Shown here piece by piece: positions 48,290-64,000 of a stretch of 64,000 nt of DNA. Every line of letters starts with the position of its first letter. The first letter of the stretch is position 1. The position numbers were made by a program, and so were the translations under genes. Origin of the DNA: the human T2T-CHM13v2.0 reference genome, Homo sapiens. Under the pieces are notes generated by a model. It was not told the DNA's origin. It did not search any database and saw only the letters and a list, made by a program, of their open reading frames with translations. The DNA lies in assembly GCF_009914755.1 (NCBI RefSeq), contig NC_060934.1; one strand, given 5' to 3'.

Positions 48290-49720
48290 TCCTGCCATCA
48301 TAGAGCTGACACTCTGGGAGGAGACAGACACTAATCAATAATTACACACATTTTTAAAAATGCAATTACTACTCTCAGAGGTACACGGTGTTATGAGAGG
48401 TTGAGGTGAGGGACTTTGAGGACATAATTGACCTCAACCTCATGAGTCAGGATCTGGAGGATGCGCACCAGTTAACTAGGAGGTCATTAGTGCAGGGAGA
48501 GGATCAGGTAGAAGTTTCGAGGGCAAGAGGGAGTGTGGCACGAATGAGGGGCAGGGCAGAATGGTGTGGTGGATGTGCTTGAAGCAAAAAGAGAAGGGGG
48601 AACGTAGTGTGAGATGAAGCTGGAGGCACAGGCAGTTGGGGAAAAAAAAAAAACCTACACAGGCCCTTAGAAGACATCTTGCAAATTTTTATTCTCCTAG
48701 GAGTGATGAGAAACCACTGAAGTACTTTAAGTAGGAGTGATGAGAAACCACTGAAGTACTTTAAGTAGGAGTGATGAGAAACCACTGAAGTACTTTAAGC
48801 AGGGAAAAGAAGAATGATGTGATCAGATTCGCTTTTTTGGATACATCTTTTTTGTTATAATATGGAGAACTGTTTAGATGGGGGGAACACAGGTTGGCAC
48901 AACCCATATCAGGAGACGCTGTTCTCAGGAGGCCGTTCTGGCCAGAGCCCACAGGTGGAGATTCACTCATTCACGCATCAAGTATTTATTGAGTTCCTCT
49001 ATGTGCAAGGTTCTGTCCCAGGCGCTAGAGATGGACAGAGGTAGAGAGGTTTGAGCAATAGTAAGAGATAAAATAAACACGACCTGCTGATGAACTGGAC
49101 ATGAAGTGAAAGAAGAGGCAGCTGTTGAGAAAAATGTTCTAAGTTTCTCACTCATCAAATACAGAATGGATAGTGGAGCTGGGTGTTTGGGGAAAAAGAC
49201 CGATTATTTGAACCTGGACATTTTGAGTTTGTGATGGCTTTGAGACATCCAATGGTGATGGGCCCAGTGGGTCAGTAGGTTAAGAGACTCCACAGCACAG
49301 AGGGGAGGAATGTGAATGACCTCCACACAGATGATATCTGAAGCAATGGATGTGGTCAGAGTTGTTGGGGCACCTGCAAAGGGTGAGAGAAGATCAGGGC
49401 CTAGGGCTGCTCTCAAAGACAACCAACACTTCATGGCTGAGTTTGGAGGAAGTTAAACCTGAAAAGGAGTCCAAAAAACAGGAGTAGGAAGAGAGGTAAA
49501 AGGATAACTAGGATTGCGTGGAGTCATGGAAACCGAGAACAGAATAAGTTGGTCAACAGGGAAAAATTCTGCCAATGGGTCAAGGTAGAGAAGGACTAAA
49601 AAATATTCATTCATTCCAGAACATGGAGATCATTGATTATGCTTCTGAGAACAACTAGAGTAGAATGCAAGGACAGTGGTAGACAACACTCTCTAGACAT
49701 GTTTGGCTATGAGGAGGAGA
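48290..49720 (-). mobile_element. L2 fragments
   Basis: Typical antisense L2 motifs (gtgagatgaagctggag, tgagacatccaa, ttggctatga) and an L2 3' end at about 48960. Confidence 0.8.
48698..48799. repeat. Perfect 3 x 34-bp minisatellite
   Basis: taggagtgatgagaaaccactgaagtactttaag, three identical copies. Confidence 0.97.
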
Positions 49721-51529
49721 GGGAAGAGACAGGATGGGTACCTGGATAATTTTCCTACTACAAGGCACAGCTTTGTTTCTGCTCTGAAATCCTGAGATTT
49801 CTACCTCTCTGTTCCCCGCTTCACAAGAAGTACAGAAACTCAGACCTCAAGTTGTCACAGAAAAACCCTGGGGCTTAGCTCAGAGCAGCCACCCTAGCTC
49901 TGAAATGCAGGTGAATATACTGTATTTGTCAAATCATTTCAGGGAATAGGGCTCCAGAAAGACCATGGCCCACCGTCAGGAGGCTGTTTGGAAGGGTTCC
50001 AAGGATGAGAAGGAAATATTTGACAGCCAACATGAGACCTATATCTTTATTAACAAAATCACTATTCTGGGTAATATTTCAATATGAGCAAATGTTTCTG
50101 TTAATGCAGTTCCATTCACAAGTAACAAATACACTGCTTTACATGGCAAGCAGTGGTGACAGATCTATGTCCCTAAATATTTCATTTTCTTAGCTGAAGC
50201 TGTCTTCTTCCTTAAGCATTAACTCACTGAATCCTGCCACTTAGATAAACTGCCTGAAGCAGACATATATTCCTTATGATTCCACAAACCTTGCTTTTCT
50301 ATAGCTCTTTTTCATTTTATTGCATGAGCTTTATGGTGGTAAAAGGTTGCAAACTGTCATTTGTCACTTTTCAGTGGCAGTAATTTAGCATCTAATGAGC
50401 ACAACTCACAAGCCTGCCAGGAAGTGCAGAAGCTCAGGAAATAATGGTGTGGGTGCAAATGGAACAGACTTTATAAGGGGAGTAATTGTGACTCAAACGT
50501 AGAAATCAGACTGAGAAAACAAGCTCCAGAGTATGCTTGAAAAGAAAATAAAGGAAGAAACTTTAAAGGCAGGTTACTGATAGATGTAGACTAGACTAAA
50601 GAGGGGCAGTTAATGCCATGATAGGAGTGGGAATAAAATAATAATCATATTGGCAATGGTAACCCTCATTTATCAAGTGTTATGTGCTATGGCTTCATTC
50701 ACTGCACTGAGGGTTTTGCAATATGATTTCATCTGATCATTACAGCCATCCCTTGGATTGTTCAAATAATGGACACCAGAAGCACAGGCAACAAAGCAAA
50801 AGTAGACAAATGGGATCTCATCAAAGTAAAAACTTTCTGCACAGCAAAAGAAACAATCCACCGAGTAAAGCGATGACTTATGAAATAGGATAAAATACTG
50901 GCAAGCTATACATTCAAAAAGGATTGATATTCAAAATATATATAGAACTCAACTCAGTAGCAAAAACACACACACACAAATAACCTGATTTTAAAATGAG
51001 CAGAAGACATATAGACACTTCTCAAAAGAAGACACACAAATGACCAACAGGTACAGACAGACCTCGGAGATATTGCGGATTCTGCTCCAGATGACTGCAA
51101 TAAAGCAAATCGTACATAATTTTTGGCTTCCCAGTGCATATGAAAGTTATGTTTACATTACACTGTAATCTATTAAGTGTGCAATAGCATTATATCTGAG
51201 AAAACAATGTACATACATTAATCTAAAAATACCTTATTGCTAAATTATCTGAACCTTCAGCAAGTCATAATCTTTTTGCTGGTGGAGGGTCTTGCCTCCT
51301 TGTTGATGGTTGCTGACTAATGAGGGTGGTCGTTGAGGAAGGTTAGGGTGACTATGGCAATTTCTTAAAATAAAACAATAAAGTTTGCTGCATTGATTGA
51401 CTGTCATGAAAGATTTCTCTGCTGTTTGATAGCATTTGACCCACAGTAGAACTTTTGTCAAAATCAAAGTCAGTTCTCTCAAACACTGTTGCTGCTTTAT
51501 CAACAAAGTTGATGTAATATTGTAAATCC

Positions 51530-51805
51530 TTTTTTTTTTTTTGAGATGGGGTATCACTCTGGCACGATCTCAGCTCACCACAGCCTCGACCTCCCCAGGC
51601 CTCAGGTGGTCCCTTCCACCTCAGCCTCCAGAGTAGCTGTGACTAAAGGCCTGTGTCACCATGCCCAGCTAATTTTTGTGTTTTTAGTAGAGATGGAGTT
51701 TCACCATGTTGCCCAGGCTGTTCTCAAACTCCTGGGCTCAGCATATTCACCAGTCTCAGCCTCCCAAAGCGCTAAGATTACAGGCATGAGCCACAGCACC
51801 CAGCC
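51530..51805 (-). mobile_element. AluJ-like, with internal deletion, inside Tigger1
   Basis: Antisense Alu with J-type ctcaggtggtcccttccacctcagcc. Confidence 0.9.
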
Positions 51806-53026
51806 ATTTCTTGTCATTTCAACAATGTTCACAGCATTTTCACCAAGAGTACATTCCTCCTCAAGAAACCACTTTCTTTGTTCATCCGGAAGAAATAACT
51901 CCTCATCTATTCAAGATTTATCATGGGATTGCAGCAATTCAGTGATATCTTCAGGCTCCACTTTGAGTTCTAGTTCTCTTGCTACTTTCACCACATCTGC
52001 AGTTACTTCCTCCACTGAAGTCTCGAACCCTTCCAAGTCATCCATGAGAATTGGAATCAACTTCTTCCAAACTCCTGCTCATGTTGATATTTCGACCTCC
52101 TCCCATGGATCTCAAATGTTCTCAGTGACATCCAGGATAGTGAATTCTTTTCAGGTTTTCAATTTACTTTTCCCAGATCCATCAGAGAATGGATCCATCT
52201 GTCTATGACAAAAATAGCCTTTTGAAATGTATTCCTTAAATAATAAGACTTAAAAGCCAAAATGACATTGATCCATGGGGCTGGACATTATATGTCTTAA
52301 CAGGCACAAAAACTACATTAATCTCCTTGTACATCTCCATCAGAGCTCTTGGGTGGCCAGGTGCATTGTCAATGAGCAGTAATACTCTGAAAGGAATATT
52401 TTTTTCTGAGCGGTAGGTCTCAACAATAGGCTTAAAATATTCAGTAAAGCATGCCAGAAAGGGATGTGCTGTCATTCAGGCTTTGTTGTTCCATTTCTAG
52501 AGCACAGGAAGAGTTGATTTAGCATAATTCTTAAGCACCCTAGAATTTTCAGAATGGTAAATTAGCATTGGCTCCAACTTAAAATCACCAGCTGCATTAG
52601 CCCCTATCAAAATAGTCAGGCTGTCATTTGAAGCTTCAAAGCTAAGCATCGACTTCTCTCTAGCTATGAAAAGCCTAGATGGCATCTTCTTCCAATGGAA
52701 GGCTATTTTGTCTCTATTAAAAATCTGTTTTTTTAGTGTAACCACCTTCATAAATGATCTTAGCTAGATCTTATTAATAACTTCCTGCAGGTTTTATATC
52801 AACAGTTGCTGCTTCACCTCGCAGTTTTATGTTAAACAGATGGCTTTTTTTCTTAAACTGCATGAACCCACCTCTGCTAGCTTCAAACTTTTCTTCTGCA
52901 GCTTCCTCACCTCTCTCAGCCTTCATACAATTTAAGAAAGTTAGGGCCTTTCTCTGGATTAGGCTTTTGCTTAAGGGAACATTGTGGCTGGTTTGATCTT
53001 CTATCTAGACCACTAAAACTTTCTCC

Positions 53027-53416
<390 letters not shown>

Positions 53417-54670
53417 TAGCTATTTGATGCAAGAGGCCTAGCTTTCAGCATATCTTGGCTTTTGACATGGCTTCCTCACTAAGCTTAATCATTTGTAGTT
53501 TTTGATTGACCTAATTTCAATGTTGTTGTGTCTCAGGGAATAGGAAAGCCTGAGGAGATGGAGAGAGACGAGGGAATAGCTAGTCAGTGAAGCAGTCAGA
53601 ACACATACAACATTTATCAATTAAATTCAGTCTTATTTGGGTGGGATTTGGTGTGCCCCAAGACAACTATAATAGTAACATCAAAGATCACTGTTCACCA
53701 TAACAGATATAACAATGAAGAAAAATTTGCAATATTGCAGTAATTACCAAAATGTGACACAGAGACACAAAGCGAGGACATGCTATTGGAAAAGTGGCAC
53801 CAATAGACTTGCTCAATACAGGGTTGCCACAAATCTTCAATTTGTAAAAAGCTTATCTGCAAAGTACAATAAGGTGAAGTGCAATAAAGCAAGGCATGCC
53901 TGTGTACTAAAAAATGCTGAACATCACTAATCATCAGGGAAATGCAAATTTGAACCATAAAATACCACCTCATACCTGTAAGAATGACTATTATCAAAAA
54001 GACAAAAGATAAGTGCTGGAAGGGATGTGGAGAAAATAGAATCCTGATACACTTGCTGGGAACGTAAACTAGTATAGCCATTATGGAAAACAGTATAGAG
54101 GTCCCACAAAAATAAAAATAGATCTCTTATATGATTCAGTAATCCCACTATTGGGTATACATCCAAAGGATATGAAATAAGTAGGTCAAAGAGCTATCTG
54201 TACTCCCTTGTTCATTTCAGCATTAGTCACAATAGTCAATATATGGAATCAAATTAAGTGTCCATCAACAAATGAATGGATAAAGAAAATGTGGTACAGG
54301 TACACAATGGAATAGTCTGCAGCCTAAAAAAATAATGAGATCCTGTTATTTGAGACAATCATGGATGAACCCAGAGACACTAGTTAAGTAAGCTAAGTCA
54401 GGCACAGAAGTACTGATCTCACTTGTACATGATGATCTCATTTGTACAACATGATCTCACTTATACATGGAATCTAAAGAGGTCAGACTCAGAAAGCAGA
54501 ATGATGGTTATCAGGAGCTTGGGGGTAGGGGTGGGAAGAATTGGGGAGATGTTGGTAAAAGAATTCAAAATTTCGGTTAGACAGGATGAACAAGTTCAAG
54601 GGATCCATTGTATTCAATTTTTGATTATACAGTACATTGTTACAGTATAGAACACTTAAAATCTGCTCTA

Positions 54671-55075
<405 letters not shown>

Positions 55076-57079
55076 TCACCACACAAAAAAAATCAGTACA
55101 CGAGGTGATGGATATGTCAGTTAGATTGCTTTAGCCATTCCACAATGTATGCATATTCAAAACATCGTGTGTTACACCATAAATATACAATTTTTTGTTT
55201 GTCAACTTTAAAAACATTTAGAAATGTTATTAAAATGCAAAAAAATTTTAATAATGACTAAGGCCACAAAATAACTTCAAGTGTTGGAGACAGACAGATT
55301 TTTAAATCCAGGTCCATCTGGCTCATGAGAACAGGTTTTTAATAATTGTGCCACAGACTACACTAGAATAAAGAGAGCTGGGATTTTTTTCTACACATGG
55401 CTATATATGAACTGTGTGACTCAGGACCAGAAAGGTAAAATAACTTTCTCTAGTTTCACGTCCATAAAATGAGGAGGTTGATTTAGGTGAATTCTCTACT
55501 CCTCTGAAGAATTAATGCTACCATTTCACTGGCCTCACTGACAAGTGATTGCCTGAATTGTTGTTTGAAAACCTCTAGTGATAGAGCCAGCAATTTTAAG
55601 AGCTGGCCCATGCTTTTATTTCAAGAATAGGAAAACATTTTATGCCACAAGCAATATTCACTTGAAAAATACAGTTAACCTTCTTGAAGTTTTAGCTGTG
55701 CTAACCACACATCCACCCTCCGCTCTCAGCTCTAACCACTGATAGCAGACAGTTAAAAACAAAAGCCAAATAAACATGATACCGATTTTTATGCCAGCTT
55801 TATCACTTGTAAAACAGGACTGGAGAATGGCTTGTGACCTACTGTCTAACAACTTATTTTTTCATTATGCAGCTTTACTGAGGTGAAGTTGACATAAAAT
55901 AAATAATACATATTTAAAGTATATAATTTGAAAAGTTTTGACATAGGTACACACCCATGAAAGCATCAACACAATCCCAACCAGACAAGAAGCATATCCA
56001 TCCCCCATAAAGGCTTCCTCGTGTTCCTTTCCTACCTACCCCCCCACCCCTCCTTTCCCCCGTATACCCCCAGGCAACTACTGTTCTGCTTCCATCACTA
56101 TAGATTAGCTTGCATTTTCTAGAATGTCATGTAAATGGAATTATACAGAATATACTCCTTTTGCCTGGACTCCTTCACTGAATGTAATTATTTTGAAATC
56201 CATCCATGTTGTAGTATGTATCAATAGTGCATTCTTTTTTTATGGCTGAATATTCCATCATATGGTTATATAAAGGTTTTTTAACCATTCATCTATTATA
56301 GGACATTTAGGTTGTTTTCAATTTTTGGCTATTACAAATAAGATTGCTATGAACATTTGTATACAAGTCTTCATATGGTCAAATGCTTCCATACCTAGAA
56401 GTGGAAGGGCTGAATTCTATGATAGATGTATATTAGTATGTTTAAGTATGTAAACTGAAGAAATCACCAACCTACTTTCCAAAATATGTGTACCATTTTA
56501 CATTGCCAACAGCAGTGCCTGAGTCTTCCCATTCCCTTATATCCTCAGCAATGCTTGATGTGATCAGGGTTTTGTTTTGTTTTGTTTTAGCAATTCTAAT
56601 ATATTTCACTGCAGTTTTAATTCACATTTTCACATGAATAATGATGTTGGGCATTTTTTCACTTCCTTATTTCTCATCCATACGTCTTATTTGGTGATGT
56701 GTCTATTCAAATATTTTGCCCACTTTTTAATTGGGTTGTTTGTTTTCTTATTGTTGGGTTTTGAGAGTTTTTAATATATTCCAGATACAAATGCCTTATG
56801 AGATATATGATTTACAGGTATGTTCTCCCAGTCAGTGGCTTGTCATTTAATTCCATTAACAGTATCATTCAAAGGCAGACATTTTTTATTTGCATGAAAT
56901 CCAGTCTATTAATTTGCTCTCCTATGAATTGTGCTTCCGGTGTCATATCTAAAAAGAATTTTGTTACTTTTACAGTTTTTAGTTTTACATTTAGACCTGT
57001 GACCCATCTACAGTAAATTTGTCAACATGGTGTGAGGTATAGGTCACAGTTATTTTTCTGTGTACAGATACCTGTATCA

Positions 57080-57465
57080 CTTTATGGCAGCTAGGGTTGC
57101 CATCACAAAGTACCGCAGACTGGTGGCCTAAACAACAGAAGTTTATTTTCTCACTGTTCTAGAGGCACGCAGTCTGGAGATGAGAGTGTCAGTGAGGGTG
57201 GTTTCTTCTGAGGCCTCTGTCCTTGGCTAGAAGACAGTGTCTTCTCCTGTGTTTTCACATGCTCTTCCCTCTGTGGATCTGTCTGTGTTCCAATCTTTTC
57301 CTCCTAAAGAACACCAGCCATATTGGATTAGGGCTCACCCTAATGACCTCATTTTAACTTAATTACCTTTTTAAAGACTATCTCTAAATACAGTCACATT
57401 CTGAGCTACTGGGGGTTAGGATTTCAACACATGAATTTCTGAGGGACACATTTCAACTCATAACA
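57080..57465 (-). mobile_element. MLT1B-like MaLR LTR
   Basis: agggttgccatcacaaagtacc...aactcataaca. Confidence 0.85.
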
Positions 57466-57918
57466 ATGCTCAACTGTTCCAGCACATTTCATTAAAAAGA
57501 CTTGTCTTTTCTTCACTAAACTGTCTTTACAACTATGTCAAAAAATCAGTTGTCCTTGTATGTGGTTTATTTGCTGGACGTCCTCTTCTATTCCATTGGT
57601 CTATTGTTGATCTTCATGACAACATCACACTGTCTTCATTACTGTACCTTTATAAATGTTTAAGTCAGGTAGGGTTAGCCCCAACTTTTTCAAAGTGATT
57701 TGGGTTATTCTAGGTCCTTTGTATTGTCATATGAATTTAAGAATTAGTTTATAAATATCTTCTGAAAAAAGGCTTCTGGAATTTTGATTGGGATTGCAAT
57801 ATGGGGAGAATTAACAATATTGTGTTTTTTGACTGATGAACAAGGTGTATGTCTCCATTATTGTTAGTCTCTTTCAGTTTCTCTCAGCAGTGTTTAGTAG
57901 TTTTCAGTGTACAAGTTT

Positions 57919-58530
57919 TGCTACAGTGGGTGGCTAATAAGGTACGAGCAGGGCAGGAGAGGGCTACATACACACACACACACACTCACAAACACACACA
58001 CACACTCACACACACACACACACTCACACACACCAGGAGTGTCGAGCGACCATCAGGTGATAGCCAGGCTGTTAACTGGCTCTCTAAAGTAATAATTGGC
58101 CACAGCTGGCACCATGAACAACAGTCTCCTAATAGATAGAGAACACCTGAAACGGGTGATCAGCAGCTTCCCAATAAGATCTCAGGAGTTGGGCAAGTTG
58201 GGAGAAGTAATGCAAGACCTCAAAAGTAAGCCACCATATAAAACCCCAAGTCAAGAGGTCAAACTACACACTTGATCTCTCAAGTCACCCACTTGGCCCT
58301 CTACCAAGTGTACTTTCCTTCCTTTCTTTCCTGCGCTGAAGCTTTTTAATAAATTTTCACTTCCATTCTAAAACTTGCCTCAGTCTCTCCTTCTGTCTCA
58401 TGCCCCTCAGTCAAATTCTTTCTTCTAAGGAGGCAAGAATTAAGGTTGCTGCAGACCCTTACAAATACAGATTCACCACCACTCGCATATTTGGGTACCA
58501 TGTTGACTCCAATACCTTCCACCGGTAACA
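57919..58530 (+). mobile_element. MER50 solo LTR with an internal (CA)n expansion (57966-58032)
   Basis: tgctacagtgggtggcta start, ggtaaca end, TSD gttt. Confidence 0.85.
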
Positions 58531-59979
58531 GTTTTTCACACCTCTTGTCAGATTTATCCCTAAATAGTTCACATTTTGATGATATGGTAATTCCAATTTC
58601 AAATTGTTCATTGCCAATATATAAAAATACAATTAATTTTTTAATATTAATCTTGCATTCTGCAATATTTCTAAACTCATTTATTAGCTCTAGTAGCCTT
58701 TTTATAGATCACATTGAACTTTCTACATAAAAGATAACGGCATCTGTGAATAAAAAGTTTTACTTCTTTTTTTCTAACATGGAGATCTTTTTTTCTTCAT
58801 CTTGCCTTATTTCATTGTCTAGAACTTCTAGTATAATGCTGAATACAGGTCGTGAGAGTTAAATCCTCATCTTTTTCCTGACCTTACAGAAAAAGCACTT
58901 AATATTTTACAGTTAAATGTTATGCTAACTGCAGATTTTTCTTAGATACCTTTCCTCAGATTGAGAAAGTTACCTTCTATTCTTAGCTTGCTAGAAATGT
59001 TTATCAAGAATGGCTGTTGGATTTCCTCAAATGCTTTTCTTTTTATTGAGATGATGACGTGGCATTTCTTTTTTAGTTTATTAATACAGTAAATTACATT
59101 GATCAATTTTTGATGTTAAAAAAAAAACCTTGCATTCCTGAGATAAACCCACTTGGTGATGATGTACTACCATGTTTTATATATTGTTGAATTTTATTTG
59201 CTAAAATTTTATTTAGAAGTTTTACATCATGTTTATCAGAGACTTTGTTGTATAGTTTATTTCTTGTAGCGTCTTTGTATCATTTTGGTATCAGGGTAAT
59301 ATTGATATCATACAGAAAGTTGGGAAGTAGTCACTCTTCTAGTTTGGTAATTTGGACAGGACTCAGCTAGGACAGCTTTCGTCTGTTCATTATGGTGTCA
59401 GCTGAGTTCGTTTATACATTTGTGGTTAGTTGGTAGGTTGAATGGGGACTGGCTGGTCCCAGATTTTCTCATTCAAATGACTGCAATTGTCTATTAGATG
59501 GCTTGGTTAGAGTGACTGTGATAGTCCAGTCTGAACTAGATTTTGGGGTAATAGAGAGGATGTAAAAGGAGGCGTCGTCCCTTCCCTCAAGCAGCTTATA
59601 AGCTATGAGGGAATGTGGCACGAATGTAAAATAAGTACGGAAGAATGAGATTCCACATTATATTCTATATTTTTTAATGGAACCCAATGAGAGAAACATA
59701 AAAAAATTAAAAATTGATGTTTCTTTGTTCTACCTATCAATTGTGAATTTTGGCCTGTATTTATGGTGGCATAGCCAAAGCTGTGCACTCTGATAAAGAG
59801 TTACATCCTCCTCTTTAAGATAAATGTCTCTTTATTAGAAAACCTTGTTGATTAGGCCTGATTTTATCTGGCACCATTCAGTCTTCCTGAGAATAGTAAG
59901 CATGTATCAGAACCTTGCAAGTGGAGGTACAATTGGATAATAAGGATGACCTCCTTGACCTGCTTAGAGAACCACATAA

Positions 59980-60190
59980 TGCCAGAAAGAACCAGGACTG
60001 CGGCATCAGCCAGCTGTGGATTCAAATTATAGTTCTACCATTTACTGGCTTTATATCTTTGAGATGACTCATGCTTTCAGAGTCCCCATTACCTCAACCA
60101 TAAAATGGTACTTTATACAGTATCTACTACCTAAGATTGTTGTAGGCATCAAATAAGGAGGTAAAATGCTCAGCAAAAAAAAGGCACTCA
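59980..60190 (+). mobile_element. MIR
   Basis: ggattcaaat...taccatttactggc...taaaatgg. Confidence 0.7.
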
Positions 60191-62249
60191 GAAATATTAA
60201 TGATAGTAGTGATGATGGTGACAAGGATTACACTGATGAAGTTACTAGCAACTGTAGTCAAAAATGCAGACCTGGGCCCATCCAGCTCTGAACTTCAATC
60301 ACAGCCCAGAAATGGGAACCATTTTGTCCAGGATTCTTTGGCCTTCTTTTCCTCTGATCTCTCAGCATAAAAAATATGTAGCACATTTCCATGACAGAAT
60401 CTCATCCTGTCATGGAAGACTGAAATCTTCCTCAATGTATACCTATCCAAGAGAGTAACAATCTAGTCTGTTACTACATAATATTTTGTCATTTAAAATT
60501 ATTTTATTAAATGGTTTAATAAGTGGAAAGAACTTAAAAGAGATTCCAGAACCTAGTATTATATAAATGTTAGTCATTATTATAATTAATATTATTATTA
60601 ACATTTTCAGTTCATTTGATTCTCACAGAAATATTGTGAAATAGGCACACTAGATATTTAAATATTCATTTACTAGATTAGGACAATACATTTAAGACAA
60701 GTCAAGTCTTTATTAAGTTTCAGCCTTGCTCCCAAGGGCAGGGGTACTTTCTAGGCTCAAATTTATTCATCAAAGCACTTAGTACAGGGCTGGTCATGCA
60801 AAAGGTGCTCAATCAAAACTCAATTATTAATTGAATAATTTATGGAGGCCAAAAGAAAACATTGGGTTTACAGGTCCAATCATGTCTAAGGCAAAGTCTT
60901 AAACATCACCATTGATTGTATTGATGAGTATACCATTCATAAACTCATGAATATTTATGGATAATTAAACAAAAAACTAAATATAGGCCTGAGGATTCTG
61001 TATACAAACAGCTTTTAATATCTCATGTTCTTGAATAACCTCTGACCCAGAGAAACAATCTCAAAGCACTGGTGATAAGTGCTTTATTCATAGAGTTGGA
61101 AAAAAGAAGTAGATTTCCCTTCCTTAACTGGCGCAGGGATTACTGCCATGCTCTCTGAGATGATCGCTTACGTGGAAGTTCAAGTAAAGATGGAGGGAGC
61201 ACTGCTCTTTCCATTTGTAGGTGTGGGAATAGGAGACAATGTCCTGGAAACTAGCAACTAGACTAACTCACAATAATATGGGTATAATTTTTAACTGAGG
61301 CCAAAATATAAAAACTCCACAGTGAATGAAAGATATTGTTTCTTAAGAATGTTCATACATGTTCATAAATCTGAGCTGTCATACGGGATTGTTAAGTAGT
61401 ATTGATCCCCATCTAGTGCAAAGCCTGCCTTTCCTCAGTTGAGTCCCCACCTCAGGAATTGTAAAGATTCCTCCACCATTTGGATCAAGATAGAATGCCT
61501 CTTTCTAGCATTTAAGGATTTCCACAGCTAATCATAGGATCAGAGAAATGCATACAAAAGAGAGAAATGTAAGGGCACCTAGCATAACCTGAGTTACATA
61601 ATTTCAGTATCTTGAGTGCGTAGCAGTTTGACAATATTAGGGCTGCAATAAGTGTTTATTGATTGTTGAATGTCTAATGGCCTGCCCCCTTCTCCTCTCA
61701 GAAATCAACTCAAAACAAGAAGAACAAGAACAAAAAATGCAAGCTCTAACATTGACAAACCAGAGGACTTCTATAACTCTCAACCGCAATATATGAGGAA
61801 CAACTACCAATGCAGTGGTGGTTGTTCAGTGGTGGCGTGCGTACAGCTACATATTACAAGCCAAGCTGGCAGAGCAAAGTTCTCCAGAGTACATGTTATA
61901 CCCTGAGGAGAAAACCAGTAATTCCTTGTTGGGATATTGGGAATGCCTGTGAGCCAGTGGGTGCATCCTTGGACCCCATAAGCAGCAGGAAGGAGCAGGG
62001 CTGAGGGGCAGAAGGAAGGATCGCACCAATGTGCTGTATTTGCAAGAAAGTTTCCCTTGATAAGACAAAGTAGAGGCAAGAGTCTACATCAATGCCATGC
62101 CACAGCAGCTGATCTCTATTTTCTTGTGAGAAGTAAAAGCAAAGTCAAGTGATACTCACAATCTAGGCCATAAGCAAACCTACTGTGAGACAAGCCTATG
62201 TCCAGTGAGCCTATAGCTCTTCCATCACATAAAATTCCTACCAACAGCG

Positions 62250-63800
<1,551 letters not shown>

Positions 63801-63911
63801 TAATAGAAGTAGATGTCAAGAACTTTGTCTGAGATCTTACACTGTTTGCAAGCTAAGAAGGTATTCTGCTACAGTTTCATAGAAATTTACAGAAAAACTG
63901 AGACTCCTTGG

Positions 63912-64000
63912 TATGATGGTTAATACTGTCAACTTGATTGGATTGAAGGAGGCAAAGTATTATTTCTGGGTGTGTCCGTGAGGGTGTTGCCAAAGGAGAT
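63912..64000 (+). mobile_element. MLT2A-type (HERVL) LTR 5' end, runs off the right edge
   Basis: tatgatggttaatactgtcaacttgattggattgaagg...gggtgttgccaaaggagat. Confidence 0.85.

Larger units (their letters stand above)
55860..59340 (-). mobile_element. L1MC/MB-like element interrupted by MLT1 and MER50
   Basis: cagctttactgagg 3' end; antisense ORF2 motifs through ttttggtatcagggtaat. Confidence 0.85.

Noticed and set aside
48698-48799. CRISPR-like array (34-bp repeats)
   Set aside because: Units are head-to-tail with no spacers, in primate L2 DNA
51546-52208. 220-aa ORF
   Set aside because: Antisense Alu fused to antisense Tigger1 transposase sequence; Ser-rich shadow ORF

Overview
Primate (human-like, catarrhine) genomic DNA, gene-poor and dominated by transposable elements. 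I see no intact multi-exon protein-coding gene, RNA gene or prokaryotic system. Two L1-made retrocopies stand out. The first (5526-6582) copies a short DPY19L3 transcript whose last exon is a Tigger4/MER46-type DNA transposon; it keeps an open 101-aa ORF with one transmembrane segment and a GC-rich 5' leader. The second (24391-31935) is a 5'-truncated XIAP processed pseudogene, later split by a full-length antisense L1PA. Other notable structures are two tail-to-tail L1PA copies sharing many non-consensus variants, a twin-primed (5'-inverted) L1PB with TSDs, a MER41 LTR with a GAS motif 42 bp from an LTR12 solo LTR, a four-level nested insertion (MIR>L1MA>Tigger1>Alu), young tandem duplications in old DNA, and two candidate orphan exons. 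Repeat family names and comparisons with parent proteins come from my recall of consensus sequences, not a database search, so subfamily calls are approximate.
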